DNA of 64,000 nucleotides from Isoptericola halotolerans (GTDB lineage Bacteria > Actinomycetota > Actinomycetes > Actinomycetales > Cellulomonadaceae). A program made the translations under genes and the position numbers. This document shows positions 37,749 through 47,808 of the stretch, in pieces. The notes beneath the pieces are model-generated. The model saw nothing but the letters and a program-made list of their open reading frames with translations, did no database searches and was not told the DNA's origin. Each line of letters starts with the position of its first letter. Position 1 is the first letter of the stretch. Where the stretch lies: assembly GCF_013149785.1 (NCBI RefSeq), contig NZ_JABEZU010000002.1, positions 186,001 to 250,000 on the forward strand, given 5' to 3'.

Positions 37749-38126
37749 GTGATCCATCCCTCTCAGCGCCCCGCGGCGGAGGAAGCGTTCTCCGCCGACC
37801 TCCTCCGCGGCCACACCGACACGATCGTCCTCGCGACCCTGCGTCGCGGCGATCGCTACGGCTTCGAGATCTACAAGACGATCCGCGACGCCACCGGTGG
37901 CACGCACGAGATCAAGGAGGCCACCCTCTACGCGACGTACCGCCGCCTCGCCAAGGACGGGCTGGTCGAGGCCTACTGGGGAGACGAGTCCCAGGGCGGG
38001 CGCCGCAAGTACTACCGGATCACCGACGCCGGACGCGCCGTGTTCCGCCGCAACGTCGCCGCGTGGGTCGCCACGCGCGACGTCGTGGACACCCTCCTGC
38101 TGACAGACAAGGAACCACGCTCATGA
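37749..38126 (+). CDS. PadR family transcriptional regulator
   Basis: YGFEI, EATLY...RL...GLV, RRKYYRIT. Confidence 0.9.
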   Translation: MIHPSQRPAAEEAFSADLLRGHTDTIVLATLRRGDRYGFEIYKTIRDATGGTHEIKEATLYATYRRLAKDGLVEAYWGDESQGGRRKYYRITDAGRAVFRRNVAAWVATRDVVDTLLLTDKEPRS

Positions 38127-39040
38127 CCGCCGTCCACCGCCTCCTCGACGACGCCTTCGCCGGCGTCGAGCTCACCGCAGAGGTCCAGGACCTCAAGGAG
38201 GAGATCCGGACGAACCTCGTCGCCCGGGCCGCCGAGATCGAGGCCGCAGGCACGGCACCCTCGGAGGCCGCCCGGCGCGCCGTCGACGAGCTCGGCGAAC
38301 TGCACGCCGTCATCGCCGATGCTGCCGGGACGATGGAGCCGGACGCCCCGACGGGCTCGAGGTCGTCCCCGGTCGCCTACACCTCGACGGCACAGGCCGT
38401 GCTGGCGAACAGGGTGCGCCCGCGACCCGCCTTCGTCGTGAGCCTCGTGATCGCCGCGGCCGGCACGGCGGCGCTCCTGGTCCTGATCGTCCTCGGCCTG
38501 AGCGGGGTTCTCGCGGCCCCTGTCGGCGGGCTCGCCGGATGGGTGCTGGGTGCGGGGCTCGGGACCGGGTGGATCGTGGGCAGCTCCCTCGCCCAGGAGA
38601 CCACCACCCGCCACCCGGCCCCCGCTCCACGGGCCGCCGGGTACGGGCTCGCCGCCGGGCTGGTCGTCGTCGGCCTGGGGTTCGTCGGCGTCGCCGTGAC
38701 CTCCGGGCAGCTGTGGCTCACGGTGCTCGCCGCGCCGTCGGTCGTCGCCGGGGCTGCCCTGTTCGCCGGGCTCGGCGCCACGCAGACCAACCGCAGGAAG
38801 GCGTGGTTCCGGGAGGTCGTGAGCGCGCACGGCACCGTCGGCGACCGGTTCGACCGTGATCCGCAGGCCGCCGCACGGTTCGGCATCCTCACCGTGGTGA
38901 TCTGGGTGGCGGCCTTCGTCGCCTTCGTCGTCGGTGGGTCGACGCTCGGATGGGCGTGGGCGTGGCTGGCGCTGGTGGTCGGGTGGATCGGTTTCATGCT
39001 CCTGCTGGTCCGGATGCTCTTCGGGGGCCACGAGCGCTGA
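38123..39040 (+). CDS. Membrane protein with N-terminal permease-prefix/HAAS-like domain
   Basis: LDDAFAG...DLKEEIR.NL...A..ELG followed by TM helices. ATGA-coupled to padR. Confidence 0.75.
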   Translation: MTAVHRLLDDAFAGVELTAEVQDLKEEIRTNLVARAAEIEAAGTAPSEAARRAVDELGELHAVIADAAGTMEPDAPTGSRSSPVAYTSTAQAVLANRVRPRPAFVVSLVIAAAGTAALLVLIVLGLSGVLAAPVGGLAGWVLGAGLGTGWIVGSSLAQETTTRHPAPAPRAAGYGLAAGLVVVGLGFVGVAVTSGQLWLTVLAAPSVVAGAALFAGLGATQTNRRKAWFREVVSAHGTVGDRFDRDPQAAARFGILTVVIWVAAFVAFVVGGSTLGWAWAWLALVVGWIGFMLLLVRMLFGGHER

Positions 39041-39083
39041 CTGCCCTGTTCGGTCGCCGCCCGTGGGTGTACCGTCGCTGGTC

Positions 39084-39368
39084 ATGGAGGTCTCCGTCAG
39101 CGCCCTGCGCGCCGAGCTGAAGTCGTGGATCGAGAAGGCTCGCGACGGCGAGGACGTCGTCATCACCGAACGCGGGGTGCCCGTCGCACGGCTCACGGGC
39201 GTCGGGAGCGCAGACCTGGTCAGCGAGCTCGTCCGGGACGGCCTGCTCACGCCGGCGCAGGCCGAGCGGCCCCACCACGCGGTGCCGACGACGGCGCAGG
39301 CGGTCGGGGCGGGCAACGGCACCTCACGCTCCGGCCTGTCGGGCCTCGTCCGCCGCATCCGTCGCTGA
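39084..39368 (+). CDS. vapB: Phd/YefM-type antitoxin
   Basis: VSVSALRAEL...GEDVVITERGVPVARL. Confidence 0.85.
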   Translation: MEVSVSALRAELKSWIEKARDGEDVVITERGVPVARLTGVGSADLVSELVRDGLLTPAQAERPHHAVPTTAQAVGAGNGTSRSGLSGLVRRIRR

Positions 39369-39381
39369 ACCCGGGGAACCG

Positions 39382-39804
39382 ATGGCACTCGTCTACTTCG
39401 ACGCCAGCGCGCTCGTGAAGCTGTGCGTCGCCGAGCAGGGGTCCGCGCTGGCGAGCGCCCTGTGGAACCGCGCGGACGTCGTCGTCACCTCCCGGCTGGC
39501 CGACACCGAGCTGCGGGCCACGCTCGCCGCGGGCGAGCGGGCCGGCGTCCTCGATCCTGTCGCCCGCCGTCGGGCGCTCGACCGTTGGACGGCCCTGTGG
39601 TCGGCGCTGCACGTCGTGGAGCTGACCGCGCAGGTGGCCGACGCGGCCGCCGAGCTGGCCTCCGGGCCGCACCCGTTGCGCGGGGGCGACGCGGTGCACG
39701 TGGCGAGCGCGCTCACGGTCGCGCACGACGACACCCTGGTCGCCGCCTGGGACGAGCAGGTCGCCCTCGCCGCGCGGGACCGGCGTCTGCGCGTTCTCCC
39801 GTAA
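39382..39804 (+). CDS. vapC: PIN-domain VapC toxin
   Basis: YFDASALVKL, TELRA, LRGGDAVHVASA, WD. Confidence 0.88.
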   Translation: MALVYFDASALVKLCVAEQGSALASALWNRADVVVTSRLADTELRATLAAGERAGVLDPVARRRALDRWTALWSALHVVELTAQVADAAAELASGPHPLRGGDAVHVASALTVAHDDTLVAAWDEQVALAARDRRLRVLP

Positions 39805-39813
39805 CCTGGGGCC

Positions 39814-40143
39814 GTGATCGCGTCCCTTCAGCTCTTCGTGCTCGCCGGCCTGGCGATCGTCGTCTTCGTCGTGCAGGTGTGGGCCCTCGTGGATGCGGCC
39901 CGTCGGCCCGCGCACGGTTTCACGTCCGAGGGCAGGCTCAGCAAGCCGATCTGGCTGTTGATCCTCGGCGTCGCCGCCCTGCTCGGCTTCCTCGGTCTCC
40001 CGGCGGGCGGGAGCCCGGGCCGGCTGGGCTTCCTCAACATCATCGCGGTGGTCGCGGCCATCGTGTACCTGGCCGACATGCGCCCGAAGCTGCGGCCCTA
40101 CGGCAACGGCAAGGGTCGCCGCCAGGGCCCGAGCGGCTGGTGA
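39814..40143 (+). CDS. DUF2516 family membrane protein
   Basis: F...GRLSKPIW, VYLADMRP. Confidence 0.8.
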   Translation: MIASLQLFVLAGLAIVVFVVQVWALVDAARRPAHGFTSEGRLSKPIWLLILGVAALLGFLGLPAGGSPGRLGFLNIIAVVAAIVYLADMRPKLRPYGNGKGRRQGPSGW

Positions 40144-41174
40144 GCGCCTCGATCGCCCAGGGTGCGGTCCCGCTCGCGGAGGTCGTGCGCGGCGACCTCG
40201 TCGAGTCGGTGCACCTGGGGCACCTCGTCGTGCTGGACCCTGCCGGGGACGTCGTGGTCGCTGCCGGGGACCCGACGGTGGAGATCTGGCCGCGCTCGGC
40301 CGTCAAGCCATTGCAAGCCGTGGCGATGGTCAGGGCCGGCCTCGACCTGCCGCCGGACCTGCTGGCGCTCGTGGCGGCGAGCCACAACGGGGAGCCGGAG
40401 CATCGCGACGGCGTCCGGGCGATCCTCGCCCGTGCCGGGCTGGACGAGGGTGCGCTGGCGAACACGCCGACCCTGCCGATGTACCCGCCCGCGGCCGCGG
40501 ACTGGTTGCGTGCCGGGCGGGTCGCGGCGTCGATCACCCAGGACTGCTCGGGCAAGCACGCCGGCATGCTGGCGACCTGCCTCGCCGCGGGGTGGACCAC
40601 CGACGGGTACCTGGACCCGGACCACCCGCTCCAGCGGGAGGTGCGGGCCGCCGTCGCGGAGCTCACCGGGGTGGAGCCCTCCCAGGTCACGACCGACGGG
40701 TGCGGGGCGCCGTTGTTCGCGACGACGCTGGCCGGCCTGGCACGGGCCTTCGGCCGGCTGGCGGGTGCGGCGGCGCGTGGCGGCGAGGAGTCGACGGCGC
40801 GGGTGGCGCGAGCGATGAGCGCGCACCCGCAGATGGTGGCCGGCACGGGGCGTGAGGACACGCTGGCGATGCGGGCTGTCCCGGGGCTGGTGGCGAAGAT
40901 CGGTGCCGACGGGGTCTGCGCGGCCGGTCTGCCGGACGGGTCGGCACTGGCGTTCAAGGTGCTGGACGGTGCGGCGCGTCCGCGTCCGACGGTCCTGGCG
41001 GCGGCTCTGCGACGCGCGGGAGCGCTCGAGACCCCGGGCGCGGACGCGGAGGCGTTGGCCGCCGTGGGGGACGTCCCGGTGCTGGGCGGGGGGCGCCCGG
41101 TGGGCGAGGTCCGCCCGGCGTTCGAGGGCGCGCTGCGTGCAGGTTCCGCCGTCGGGCAGCAGGAGCAGGCATGA
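40140..41174 (+). CDS. L-asparaginase II family protein
   Basis: [43 protein letters not shown]. Confidence 0.88.
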   Translation: MSASIAQGAVPLAEVVRGDLVESVHLGHLVVLDPAGDVVVAAGDPTVEIWPRSAVKPLQAVAMVRAGLDLPPDLLALVAASHNGEPEHRDGVRAILARAGLDEGALANTPTLPMYPPAAADWLRAGRVAASITQDCSGKHAGMLATCLAAGWTTDGYLDPDHPLQREVRAAVAELTGVEPSQVTTDGCGAPLFATTLAGLARAFGRLAGAAARGGEESTARVARAMSAHPQMVAGTGREDTLAMRAVPGLVAKIGADGVCAAGLPDGSALAFKVLDGAARPRPTVLAAALRRAGALETPGADAEALAAVGDVPVLGGGRPVGEVRPAFEGALRAGSAVGQQEQA

Positions 41175-41596
41175 GGGCTGTGCTGCAGCGGGCCTCGCGG
41201 GCGAGCGTGACGGTCGCGGGCGAGGTGGTCGGTGCGTTCGACCGTCCGGGGATCGTGGCGCTCGTGGGGGTGACGCACGACGACGGGCCCGACGACGCCG
41301 CGACCGTGGCCCGGAAGATCGCCGAGCTGCGGATCCTGCGCGACGAGCGGTCGGTGACCGACGAGGGTGCACCGGTGCTCGTGGTCAGCCAGTTCACGCT
41401 GTACGGGGACGTGCGCAAGGGGCGGCGGCCGACGTGGCAGGGGGCTGCGCCCGGGCCGGTGGCGGAGCCGTTGGTCGACGCGGTGGTGGCCGACCTGCGG
41501 GGGCGCGGGATCGAGGTGTCCACGGGGGTCTTCGGGGCCGACATGGCGGTCGAGCTGGTGAACGACGGACCGATCACTATCATGGTGGAGACCTGA
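41171..41596 (+). CDS. dtd: D-aminoacyl-tRNA deacylase
   Basis: MRAVLQR, SQFTL, KGRRP, FGADM.V...NDGP. Confidence 0.95.
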   Translation: MRAVLQRASRASVTVAGEVVGAFDRPGIVALVGVTHDDGPDDAATVARKIAELRILRDERSVTDEGAPVLVVSQFTLYGDVRKGRRPTWQGAAPGPVAEPLVDAVVADLRGRGIEVSTGVFGADMAVELVNDGPITIMVET

Positions 41597-41674
41597 CGGG
41601 AGTCGGGGACCTAACAAATCCGCCCTGAGCTGCTGACCTGCACCGATCGGTGACGGTCGCCCCGGAGGTTGACG

Positions 41675-43342
41675 ATGACCTCGCACCGGATCGCCGAGGT
41701 GCTCGCCGGCCTCGGTGCCGAATCTCGCACGCCGGTCGCACCGCACGTCGCCGCCCGGCTCGACCGGGCGGTCGGCGGGGACCTCACCGCCCTCGCGCAG
41801 GTCGCCGCCGTGCTGCGTCCCGAGCACCTGGCCGGCACCGCGCTCCTGCCGGACCCGTTGCCGACCGTGCCCGCGGGCCGGTCGGGCCGGTCGGGTGCGG
41901 CCCTCGAGGCGGACGGGCGACGGGTCCTGCTGTGCGCCGCGGTCGCGGTCACCGACCGGGCCGACGTCCTGGTCCGGGCCGTCGGGCCGTCGGTGAGGTC
42001 CCTGCTCGACGGTCCCGCAGCGGCCGGCATCGAGCTCGCGGACGGGCGGTTCCGGGTGGTCGACGCACCCCTGCGGTGCCTCGTGCACGACGACGCCGAC
42101 CTCGCGGCGCGGACCGCGGCGCACGTGGCGCTGGCCCGGGCGTCGCGCGAGTGCGGCGAGCACGGCGCGGCCCTGTGGCACACCGCGCTCAGCACCGTGG
42201 CGGGTGACGCGCTCCTCGCCGACGGGCTGGTCGAGCTGGCTGCGGCCCTCGCCGACCGGGGGGCCGTCGAGGCCGCCGAGGAGGTCGCCCGGGAAGCAGC
42301 GAGCCACGGCACGGGGGAACGTCGGGCCCGAGCCTTCCTCGCCGCGGGACGTGCTGCGCTGTGGGGTGGTCACCTCGTCGACGCCGAGGACTGGTTGCGC
42401 CGGGCCGCCGGCTGCGACGTGCCGTCGGTGGCGCGGGCTGCCGAGCACTGCGCGGCCGCCGTCGGGGCGCTGCGCGCCGGCAGCACGGTCGCGGGGGCGG
42501 CGTGGGCCGCCGTCCGGCCCGCCGGCCCGGGAGCCCGGCTCGCTCGACTGGTCGAACCGCTCGTCCACGTCACGGCCTCCCGCGCCGACCGTGCGGCGAT
42601 GACGGGGATCGTCGGGTGCCTGCGCGTCCTCGACACCGACGCCCAGGCGGCCGCGGAACGGCTGGCCGGGCTGGTCCTGGGGCTCGAGCCGGCCCCGCCC
42701 CGACCGGGGCGCTGGCCGCGAGCGACCGGTGCGCTGTCCCCGACGGCGGAGGCGCACGTGCGCGTGGTGCAGGCGCTGCTGCTGCTGCGGACCGCTGCCG
42801 TCGAGGAGGCCGCGACGGTGCTGGACGACGCCGTGGTCCGGTTGCCCGTGGCGCACGTCGCCGGTGGCCTGGCGGCGGTGCTCTGCCGTCGGCTCGACGC
42901 GCTGGACCCGGCCCGGACGGACGCGGTGGCGACCGCGCTGGAGAGCACCGGTCCGCGCTGGACGGAGGCCGCCGTCGCGGCGGCCGGTGGCGCGGCGCCG
43001 GCGGCGAGGGGTGCGGCAGGCAGGACGTCCGGGCAGATGACGGGCCGGCCCCCGTTGCTGGCGATCGCCACCAGCCGGCGGGCGGCAGGGGCTGCGACCA
43101 CCCGCGCCCGGCCCGGCCGGTCCGGCTGGTCGAGCCTGCTCACGGCCCGTGAGGAGGAGGTGGCGGGCCTGGTCGCGGCCGGGATGACCAACCGGGAGGT
43201 GGCCGCTGCGTTGTGCGTGTCGGTGCGGACGGTCGAGGTGCACCTGAGCCGCGCGTTCCGCAAGCTCGGCGTCCGGACACGGTCCGAGCTCGTCGTGCTG
43301 GCGCTCACGCCCGCGGGATGGCCGGTTGTGGAAAACACCTAG
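41675..43342 (+). CDS. LuxR-family regulator (LAL-like, lacking N-terminal ATPase)
   Basis: C-terminal LTAREEEVA...GMTNREVA...TVEVHL...KLGVRTR. GGAGG RBS. Confidence 0.8.
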   Translation: MTSHRIAEVLAGLGAESRTPVAPHVAARLDRAVGGDLTALAQVAAVLRPEHLAGTALLPDPLPTVPAGRSGRSGAALEADGRRVLLCAAVAVTDRADVLVRAVGPSVRSLLDGPAAAGIELADGRFRVVDAPLRCLVHDDADLAARTAAHVALARASRECGEHGAALWHTALSTVAGDALLADGLVELAAALADRGAVEAAEEVAREAASHGTGERRARAFLAAGRAALWGGHLVDAEDWLRRAAGCDVPSVARAAEHCAAAVGALRAGSTVAGAAWAAVRPAGPGARLARLVEPLVHVTASRADRAAMTGIVGCLRVLDTDAQAAAERLAGLVLGLEPAPPRPGRWPRATGALSPTAEAHVRVVQALLLLRTAAVEEAATVLDDAVVRLPVAHVAGGLAAVLCRRLDALDPARTDAVATALESTGPRWTEAAVAAAGGAAPAARGAAGRTSGQMTGRPPLLAIATSRRAAGAATTRARPGRSGWSSLLTAREEEVAGLVAAGMTNREVAAALCVSVRTVEVHLSRAFRKLGVRTRSELVVLALTPAGWPVVENT

Positions 43343-43447
43343 GCCTCGCCGGGATCGTGTGGGATTTCCTGATGCCTTAAATGGCAAGACTCCTTACTTT
43401 TGAGCGACCGATGCAACGCGGCATCGGCTCGACCCAGGGAGACTCCG

Positions 43448-45982
43448 ATGCGATCACCGTCCCCCCGCCGACGCCGGCTCGGCGCGGCAGTCCTCGCGGT
43501 CGTCCTCGGCAGCACGGGCCTGGCGGTCGCCGCCGTGGCACCGTCCGCCGTGGCGGCCACCGAGTGCGCCCCCGCCTGGGCCCCCGGCGCGGTCTACACC
43601 CAGGGCGACGTCGCCTCGCACGACGGCGTGAACTACTCCGCCTCGTGGTGGACGCAGGGCGACGAGCCCGGCGCCTCCGCCTGGGGTCCGTGGGCCTCGC
43701 AGGGGGCGTGCGGTGGTCCCGCCCCGGAACCGACCGAGGAACCCGAGCCGGAACCGACCGCGACCCCGACCGACCCTGCGACCGGCAACCCGGACGAGGT
43801 CTGCCGACCGGACGGCATGGCCCCGACGCCGGGCACCGACACGCCCTACTGCGACGTCTACGACACGGACGGTCGCGAGATCCTGCCGAACGGCCTCGAC
43901 CGCCGGGTGATCGGCTACTTCACGAGCTGGCGCACCGGCAAGAACGGGCAGCCCGCCTACCTCGCGAACGACATCCCCTGGGAGTCGCTGAGCCACATCA
44001 ACTACGCCTTCGCCCACGTCGGCCCCGACGACAAGGTCTCGGTCAACGCCCACGTCGAGGGCAACCCCGCGACCGACATGACCTGGCCCGAGGTCCCCGG
44101 CGCGGAGATGGACCCCGACCTGCCGTACACGGGCCACTTCAACCTGCTGGCCCAGCACAAGGCCGAGAACCCCGGCGTCAAGATCATCCCCGCCGTCGGC
44201 GGCTGGGCCGAGACGGGCGGGTACTTCGACGGTGACGGCGAGCGCGTCGCCTCGGGCGGCTTCTACACGATGACGGAGTCGCAGGAGCGGATCGACGTCT
44301 TCGCGGAGTCGGTCGTGGACTTCGTGCGCGAGTACGGGTTCGACGGCATCGACATCGACTACGAGTACCCGACGTCGAACAACGACGCCGGCAACCCGGA
44401 CGACTTCGAGTTCTCCAACGCCCGGCGCGGGCAGCTCTTCGACGGCTACGTCGACCTGATGCGGACGCTGCGCGAGCACCTGGACCGGGCCGGCGCCGAG
44501 GACGGCCAGTACTACCTGCTGACCACCGCCTCGCCGTCGTCCGGGTGGCTGCTGCGCGGCATGGAGGTGCACCAGATCACCGAGTACGCCGACTTCATCA
44601 ACATGATGACGTACGACCTGCACGGGGCCTGGAACGAGTACGTGGGCGGGAACGCGGCCCTGTTCGACGACGGCAAGGACCCCGAGCTCGCCGCCGGAGG
44701 CGTCTACGGCGCCTACGACGGCATCGGCTACCTCAACGGCGACTGGGCGGCCCACTACTTCCGCGGGGCGATGCAGGCCGGCCGGATCAACCTCGGCGTC
44801 CCGTTCTACACCCGCGGCTTCCAGGACGTGACCGGGGGCGTGCACGGGATGGGCGGCCGTGCGCCCGCACCGGCCGGCTTCGCGTGCCCCGCCGGGACGA
44901 ACAACAAGTGCGGGTACGGGGCGGAGGGGATCGACAACCTCTGGTACGACTCCGACCCCCAGGGCAACGCCGTCCCGGCCGGGGTCAACCCGATCTGGCA
45001 CGTGCTCAACCTGGAGGACGGCGTGGTGGGCGACTACGCCGAGTCCTACGGGGTCCCGACCACGATCGAGGGGTCGTACACCCGGCACTTCGACGACGTC
45101 ACGAAGAACGAGTGGTGGTGGAACGCCCAGACCCGCACGTTCCTGTCCGGCGACGCCGACGAGGCGATCGCGGCCAAGGCCGACTACGTCGCCGACACGG
45201 GGCTGGGCGGACTGATGATCTGGGAGCTGGCAGGGGACTACGCCTACGACGAGTCCGCCGGCCAGCACGAGATGGGCAGCACGCTCGTGGACCTCATGCA
45301 CGACAGGTTGTCGTCCGCCGGCCCGTATGGCGCCACCAAGGCCGAGGGGCCGATGCCCACCGAGGCGCTGGACATCACGCTGGAGTACACCGAGTTCGCG
45401 CTCGGGGACAACAACTACCCGATCGCTCCCAAGGTCGTCTTCCACAACCACGGCGCCCGGGACGTCCCGGCCGGGTCGACGATCACGTTCCAGCACTCGG
45501 TCACCGACACCGGCACGATGTCTGACTGGTCCGGGTACGGGACGACGACGACCCCGGGCCGCACCGGTCCGAACGTCGGCGGTCTCGGCGCCACCTTCCA
45601 CACGGCCTCGTTCCAGGTGCCCACCGGTGGCATCCCGTCCGGTGGCTCGATCACCAACCAGCTGAAGTGGGCCCTGCCGGTCGCGCAGTTCTCCAACGTG
45701 GTCGTCACGGTCGACGGGGTCGACTACGCGACCACCGGCGACCACCCGCGCGGTGTGACCGTCGTCGACGTGCCGGCGGGCAGCGGCGGGGGCGACGGCG
45801 GAGGAAGCGGCGGGGGCGGTGCCGGGGCGCTGTGCGACGCACCGGCGTGGAGCTCGACCGCCGTCTACACCGGCGGCACCCCCGTGACCCACGGCGAACG
45901 GGCGTGGACCGCCCGGTGGTGGACCCAGGGCGACGTGCCGTCGAGCGGCACGGGTCCGTGGACCGACGAGGGCTCCTGCTGA
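43448..45982 (+). CDS. Secreted GH18 chitinase with N- and C-terminal CBM5/12 modules
   Basis: Signal peptide, two AW...Y..GD/GT...WWTQG modules, and FDGIDIDYEYP catalytic motif. Confidence 0.93.
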   Translation: MRSPSPRRRRLGAAVLAVVLGSTGLAVAAVAPSAVAATECAPAWAPGAVYTQGDVASHDGVNYSASWWTQGDEPGASAWGPWASQGACGGPAPEPTEEPEPEPTATPTDPATGNPDEVCRPDGMAPTPGTDTPYCDVYDTDGREILPNGLDRRVIGYFTSWRTGKNGQPAYLANDIPWESLSHINYAFAHVGPDDKVSVNAHVEGNPATDMTWPEVPGAEMDPDLPYTGHFNLLAQHKAENPGVKIIPAVGGWAETGGYFDGDGERVASGGFYTMTESQERIDVFAESVVDFVREYGFDGIDIDYEYPTSNNDAGNPDDFEFSNARRGQLFDGYVDLMRTLREHLDRAGAEDGQYYLLTTASPSSGWLLRGMEVHQITEYADFINMMTYDLHGAWNEYVGGNAALFDDGKDPELAAGGVYGAYDGIGYLNGDWAAHYFRGAMQAGRINLGVPFYTRGFQDVTGGVHGMGGRAPAPAGFACPAGTNNKCGYGAEGIDNLWYDSDPQGNAVPAGVNPIWHVLNLEDGVVGDYAESYGVPTTIEGSYTRHFDDVTKNEWWWNAQTRTFLSGDADEAIAAKADYVADTGLGGLMIWELAGDYAYDESAGQHEMGSTLVDLMHDRLSSAGPYGATKAEGPMPTEALDITLEYTEFALGDNNYPIAPKVVFHNHGARDVPAGSTITFQHSVTDTGTMSDWSGYGTTTTPGRTGPNVGGLGATFHTASFQVPTGGIPSGGSITNQLKWALPVAQFSNVVVTVDGVDYATTGDHPRGVTVVDVPAGSGGGDGGGSGGGGAGALCDAPAWSSTAVYTGGTPVTHGERAWTARWWTQGDVPSSGTGPWTDEGSC

Positions 45983-46076
45983 CCCCGTCCCAGACCGCCG
46001 GCCGTGCGCACCCGCGCACGGCCGGTGCCCCCCGGCCCGGCAGAGAGCAGTCGGGCCCCGCAGAGAGGAAGGCACC

Positions 46077-47750
46077 ATGTCCAGACCAGCACGCAGAGGG
46101 CGCCGGCTGACGGCGGCCCTCGCCGGGACGGCGATCGCGCTCACCGGGGCGCTCGGCGCCGTCGCCAGCAGCGCGAGCGCGGCGCCGTCGTCGTCCGGCG
46201 ACAGCGCGATCAACGGCTTCCGCAACGTCGGCTACTTCACCCAGTGGGGCGTCTACGGACGCGACTTCCAGGTCAAGGACCTGGTCACCTCGGGCGCCGC
46301 GGAGACCCTGACCCACATCAACTACTCCTTCGGCAACATCCATCACCAGAGCCTCGAGTGCTTCATCGCCAACAAGGCCCAGGGCACCGGGCCGAACGGG
46401 TCGGACGGTGCCGGCGACGCCTGGGCGGACTTCGGCATGGGCTACACGGCGGCGAACTCCGTGGCCGGCGTGGCCGACACCTGGGACCAGCCCCTGGCCG
46501 GGTCGTTCAACCAGCTCAAGCAGCTCAAGGAGATCCATCCCGACCTCAAGGTCATGATCTCGCTCGGCGGGTGGACGTGGTCGAAGAACTTCTCGCGTGC
46601 CGCGGCGACGCCCGAGTCCCGCCAGAAGTTCGTCTCGTCCTGCATCGACCTGTACCTCAAGGGCAACCTGCCGACGATCGACGGCCGGGGCGGCCCCGGC
46701 GCTGCCGCCGGCGTCTTCGACGGCATCGACGTCGACTGGGAGTGGCCCGGGACGAACAGCGGGCTGGAGGGCAACCACGTCGACGAGGAGAACGACGCCG
46801 AGAACTTCCGGCTCCTGCTGGAGGAGTTCCGGTCCCAGCTCGACGACTACGGCACGCAGACGGGCAAGGACTACCTGCTCAGCGCCTTCCTGCCGGCCAA
46901 CCCGGAGGACATCGCGGCGGGCGGGTGGAACGATCCCCGGATCTTCGACTCCCTCGACTTCGGCAACGTCCAGGGCTACGACCTGCACGGCGCCTGGGAC
47001 CCCGCGCTGACGGGTCACCAGCTCAACCTCTTCGACGACCCGGCGGACCCGCGCCCCGCGCACCGGCAGTTCTCCGTCGACAAGGCCGTCGGTGAGTACG
47101 TCTCAGCCGGCATCGACCCCGCCCAGCTCGGGCTCGGGATGGCGATGTACGGCCGCGGCTGGCAGGGAGTGACGTCCGCGCAGCCGTGGGGCACCGCGTC
47201 CGGTGCCGCCCCCGGCACGTGGGAGGCGGGCAACGAGGACTACGACGTGCTGCGCAGCCTGGGCACGGGGTACTACGACGCCGAGGTGGGCGCTGCGTGG
47301 CGCTACGACGGCAACCAGTGGTGGACGCTCGACACCCCCGAGACCGTCGCGCAGAAGGCGGCGTACATCCGTGACGAGGGCCTCGGCGGCGCCATGTGGT
47401 GGGAGCTGTCGGGCGACGAGGACGCGCACCTGCTCGACGCCGTCGCCGCCGGTCTGTTCAGCGGGCCCGCCGGACCCGTCGAGCCGGGGACCCCGCCGGA
47501 CCCCGACCCGACGCCGGACCCCGACCCGACGCCGGACCCTGACCCGACGCCGGACCCTGACCCGACGCCGGACCCTGACCCGACGGACCCGGGCTGCGCC
47601 AGCGCCGCCTGGGCCGGCGCCAGCGTCTACACCGGGGGCGACGTCGTCTCGTGGGACGGGCGCGAGTGGCGGGCCAAGTGGTGGACGCAGGGCGAGGAGC
47701 CCGGCACCACCGGCGAGTGGGGCGTCTGGGCGGAGCTCGGCGCCTGCTGA
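46077..47750 (+). CDS. Secreted GH18 chitinase with C-terminal CBM5/12
   Basis: Signal peptide, SLGGWT, FDGIDVDWEWP, PDPDPT linker, AKWWTQG. Confidence 0.93.
   Translation: MSRPARRGRRLTAALAGTAIALTGALGAVASSASAAPSSSGDSAINGFRNVGYFTQWGVYGRDFQVKDLVTSGAAETLTHINYSFGNIHHQSLECFIANKAQGTGPNGSDGAGDAWADFGMGYTAANSVAGVADTWDQPLAGSFNQLKQLKEIHPDLKVMISLGGWTWSKNFSRAAATPESRQKFVSSCIDLYLKGNLPTIDGRGGPGAAAGVFDGIDVDWEWPGTNSGLEGNHVDEENDAENFRLLLEEFRSQLDDYGTQTGKDYLLSAFLPANPEDIAAGGWNDPRIFDSLDFGNVQGYDLHGAWDPALTGHQLNLFDDPADPRPAHRQFSVDKAVGEYVSAGIDPAQLGLGMAMYGRGWQGVTSAQPWGTASGAAPGTWEAGNEDYDVLRSLGTGYYDAEVGAAWRYDGNQWWTLDTPETVAQKAAYIRDEGLGGAMWWELSGDEDAHLLDAVAAGLFSGPAGPVEPGTPPDPDPTPDPDPTPDPDPTPDPDPTPDPDPTDPGCASAAWAGASVYTGGDVVSWDGREWRAKWWTQGEEPGTTGEWGVWAELGAC
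47496..47585 (+). repeat. 18 bp tandem repeat x5 encoding the PDPDPT linker
   Basis: CCGGACCCYGACCCGACG repeated five times. Confidence 0.95.
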
Positions 47751-47767
47751 CGTCGCCAGGACGCACG

Positions 47768-47801
47768 GAGGGGGCCCTCAGCAGCAGCTGGGGGCCCCCT
47801 C
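47768..47801. terminator. Terminator-like hairpin after the chitinase genes
   Basis: GAGGGGGCCCTCAGC-agca-GCTGGGGGCCCCCTC. Confidence 0.7.
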
Positions 47802-47808
47802 GGTCCGA

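Noticed and set aside
37754..37780. Additional CCATCC hexamer as a SigK promoter
   Set aside because: No CGAA at 15 nt spacing, and it lies inside padR.
46077..46088. DasR/chitinase box-like ATGTCCAGACCA
   Set aside because: It overlaps the start codon and needs a gap to match TGGTCTAGACCA. Single weak copy.
47496..47585. Tandem repeat as a possible CRISPR array
   Set aside because: No spacers and no cas genes. It is an in-frame Pro/Asp/Thr linker of a chitinase.
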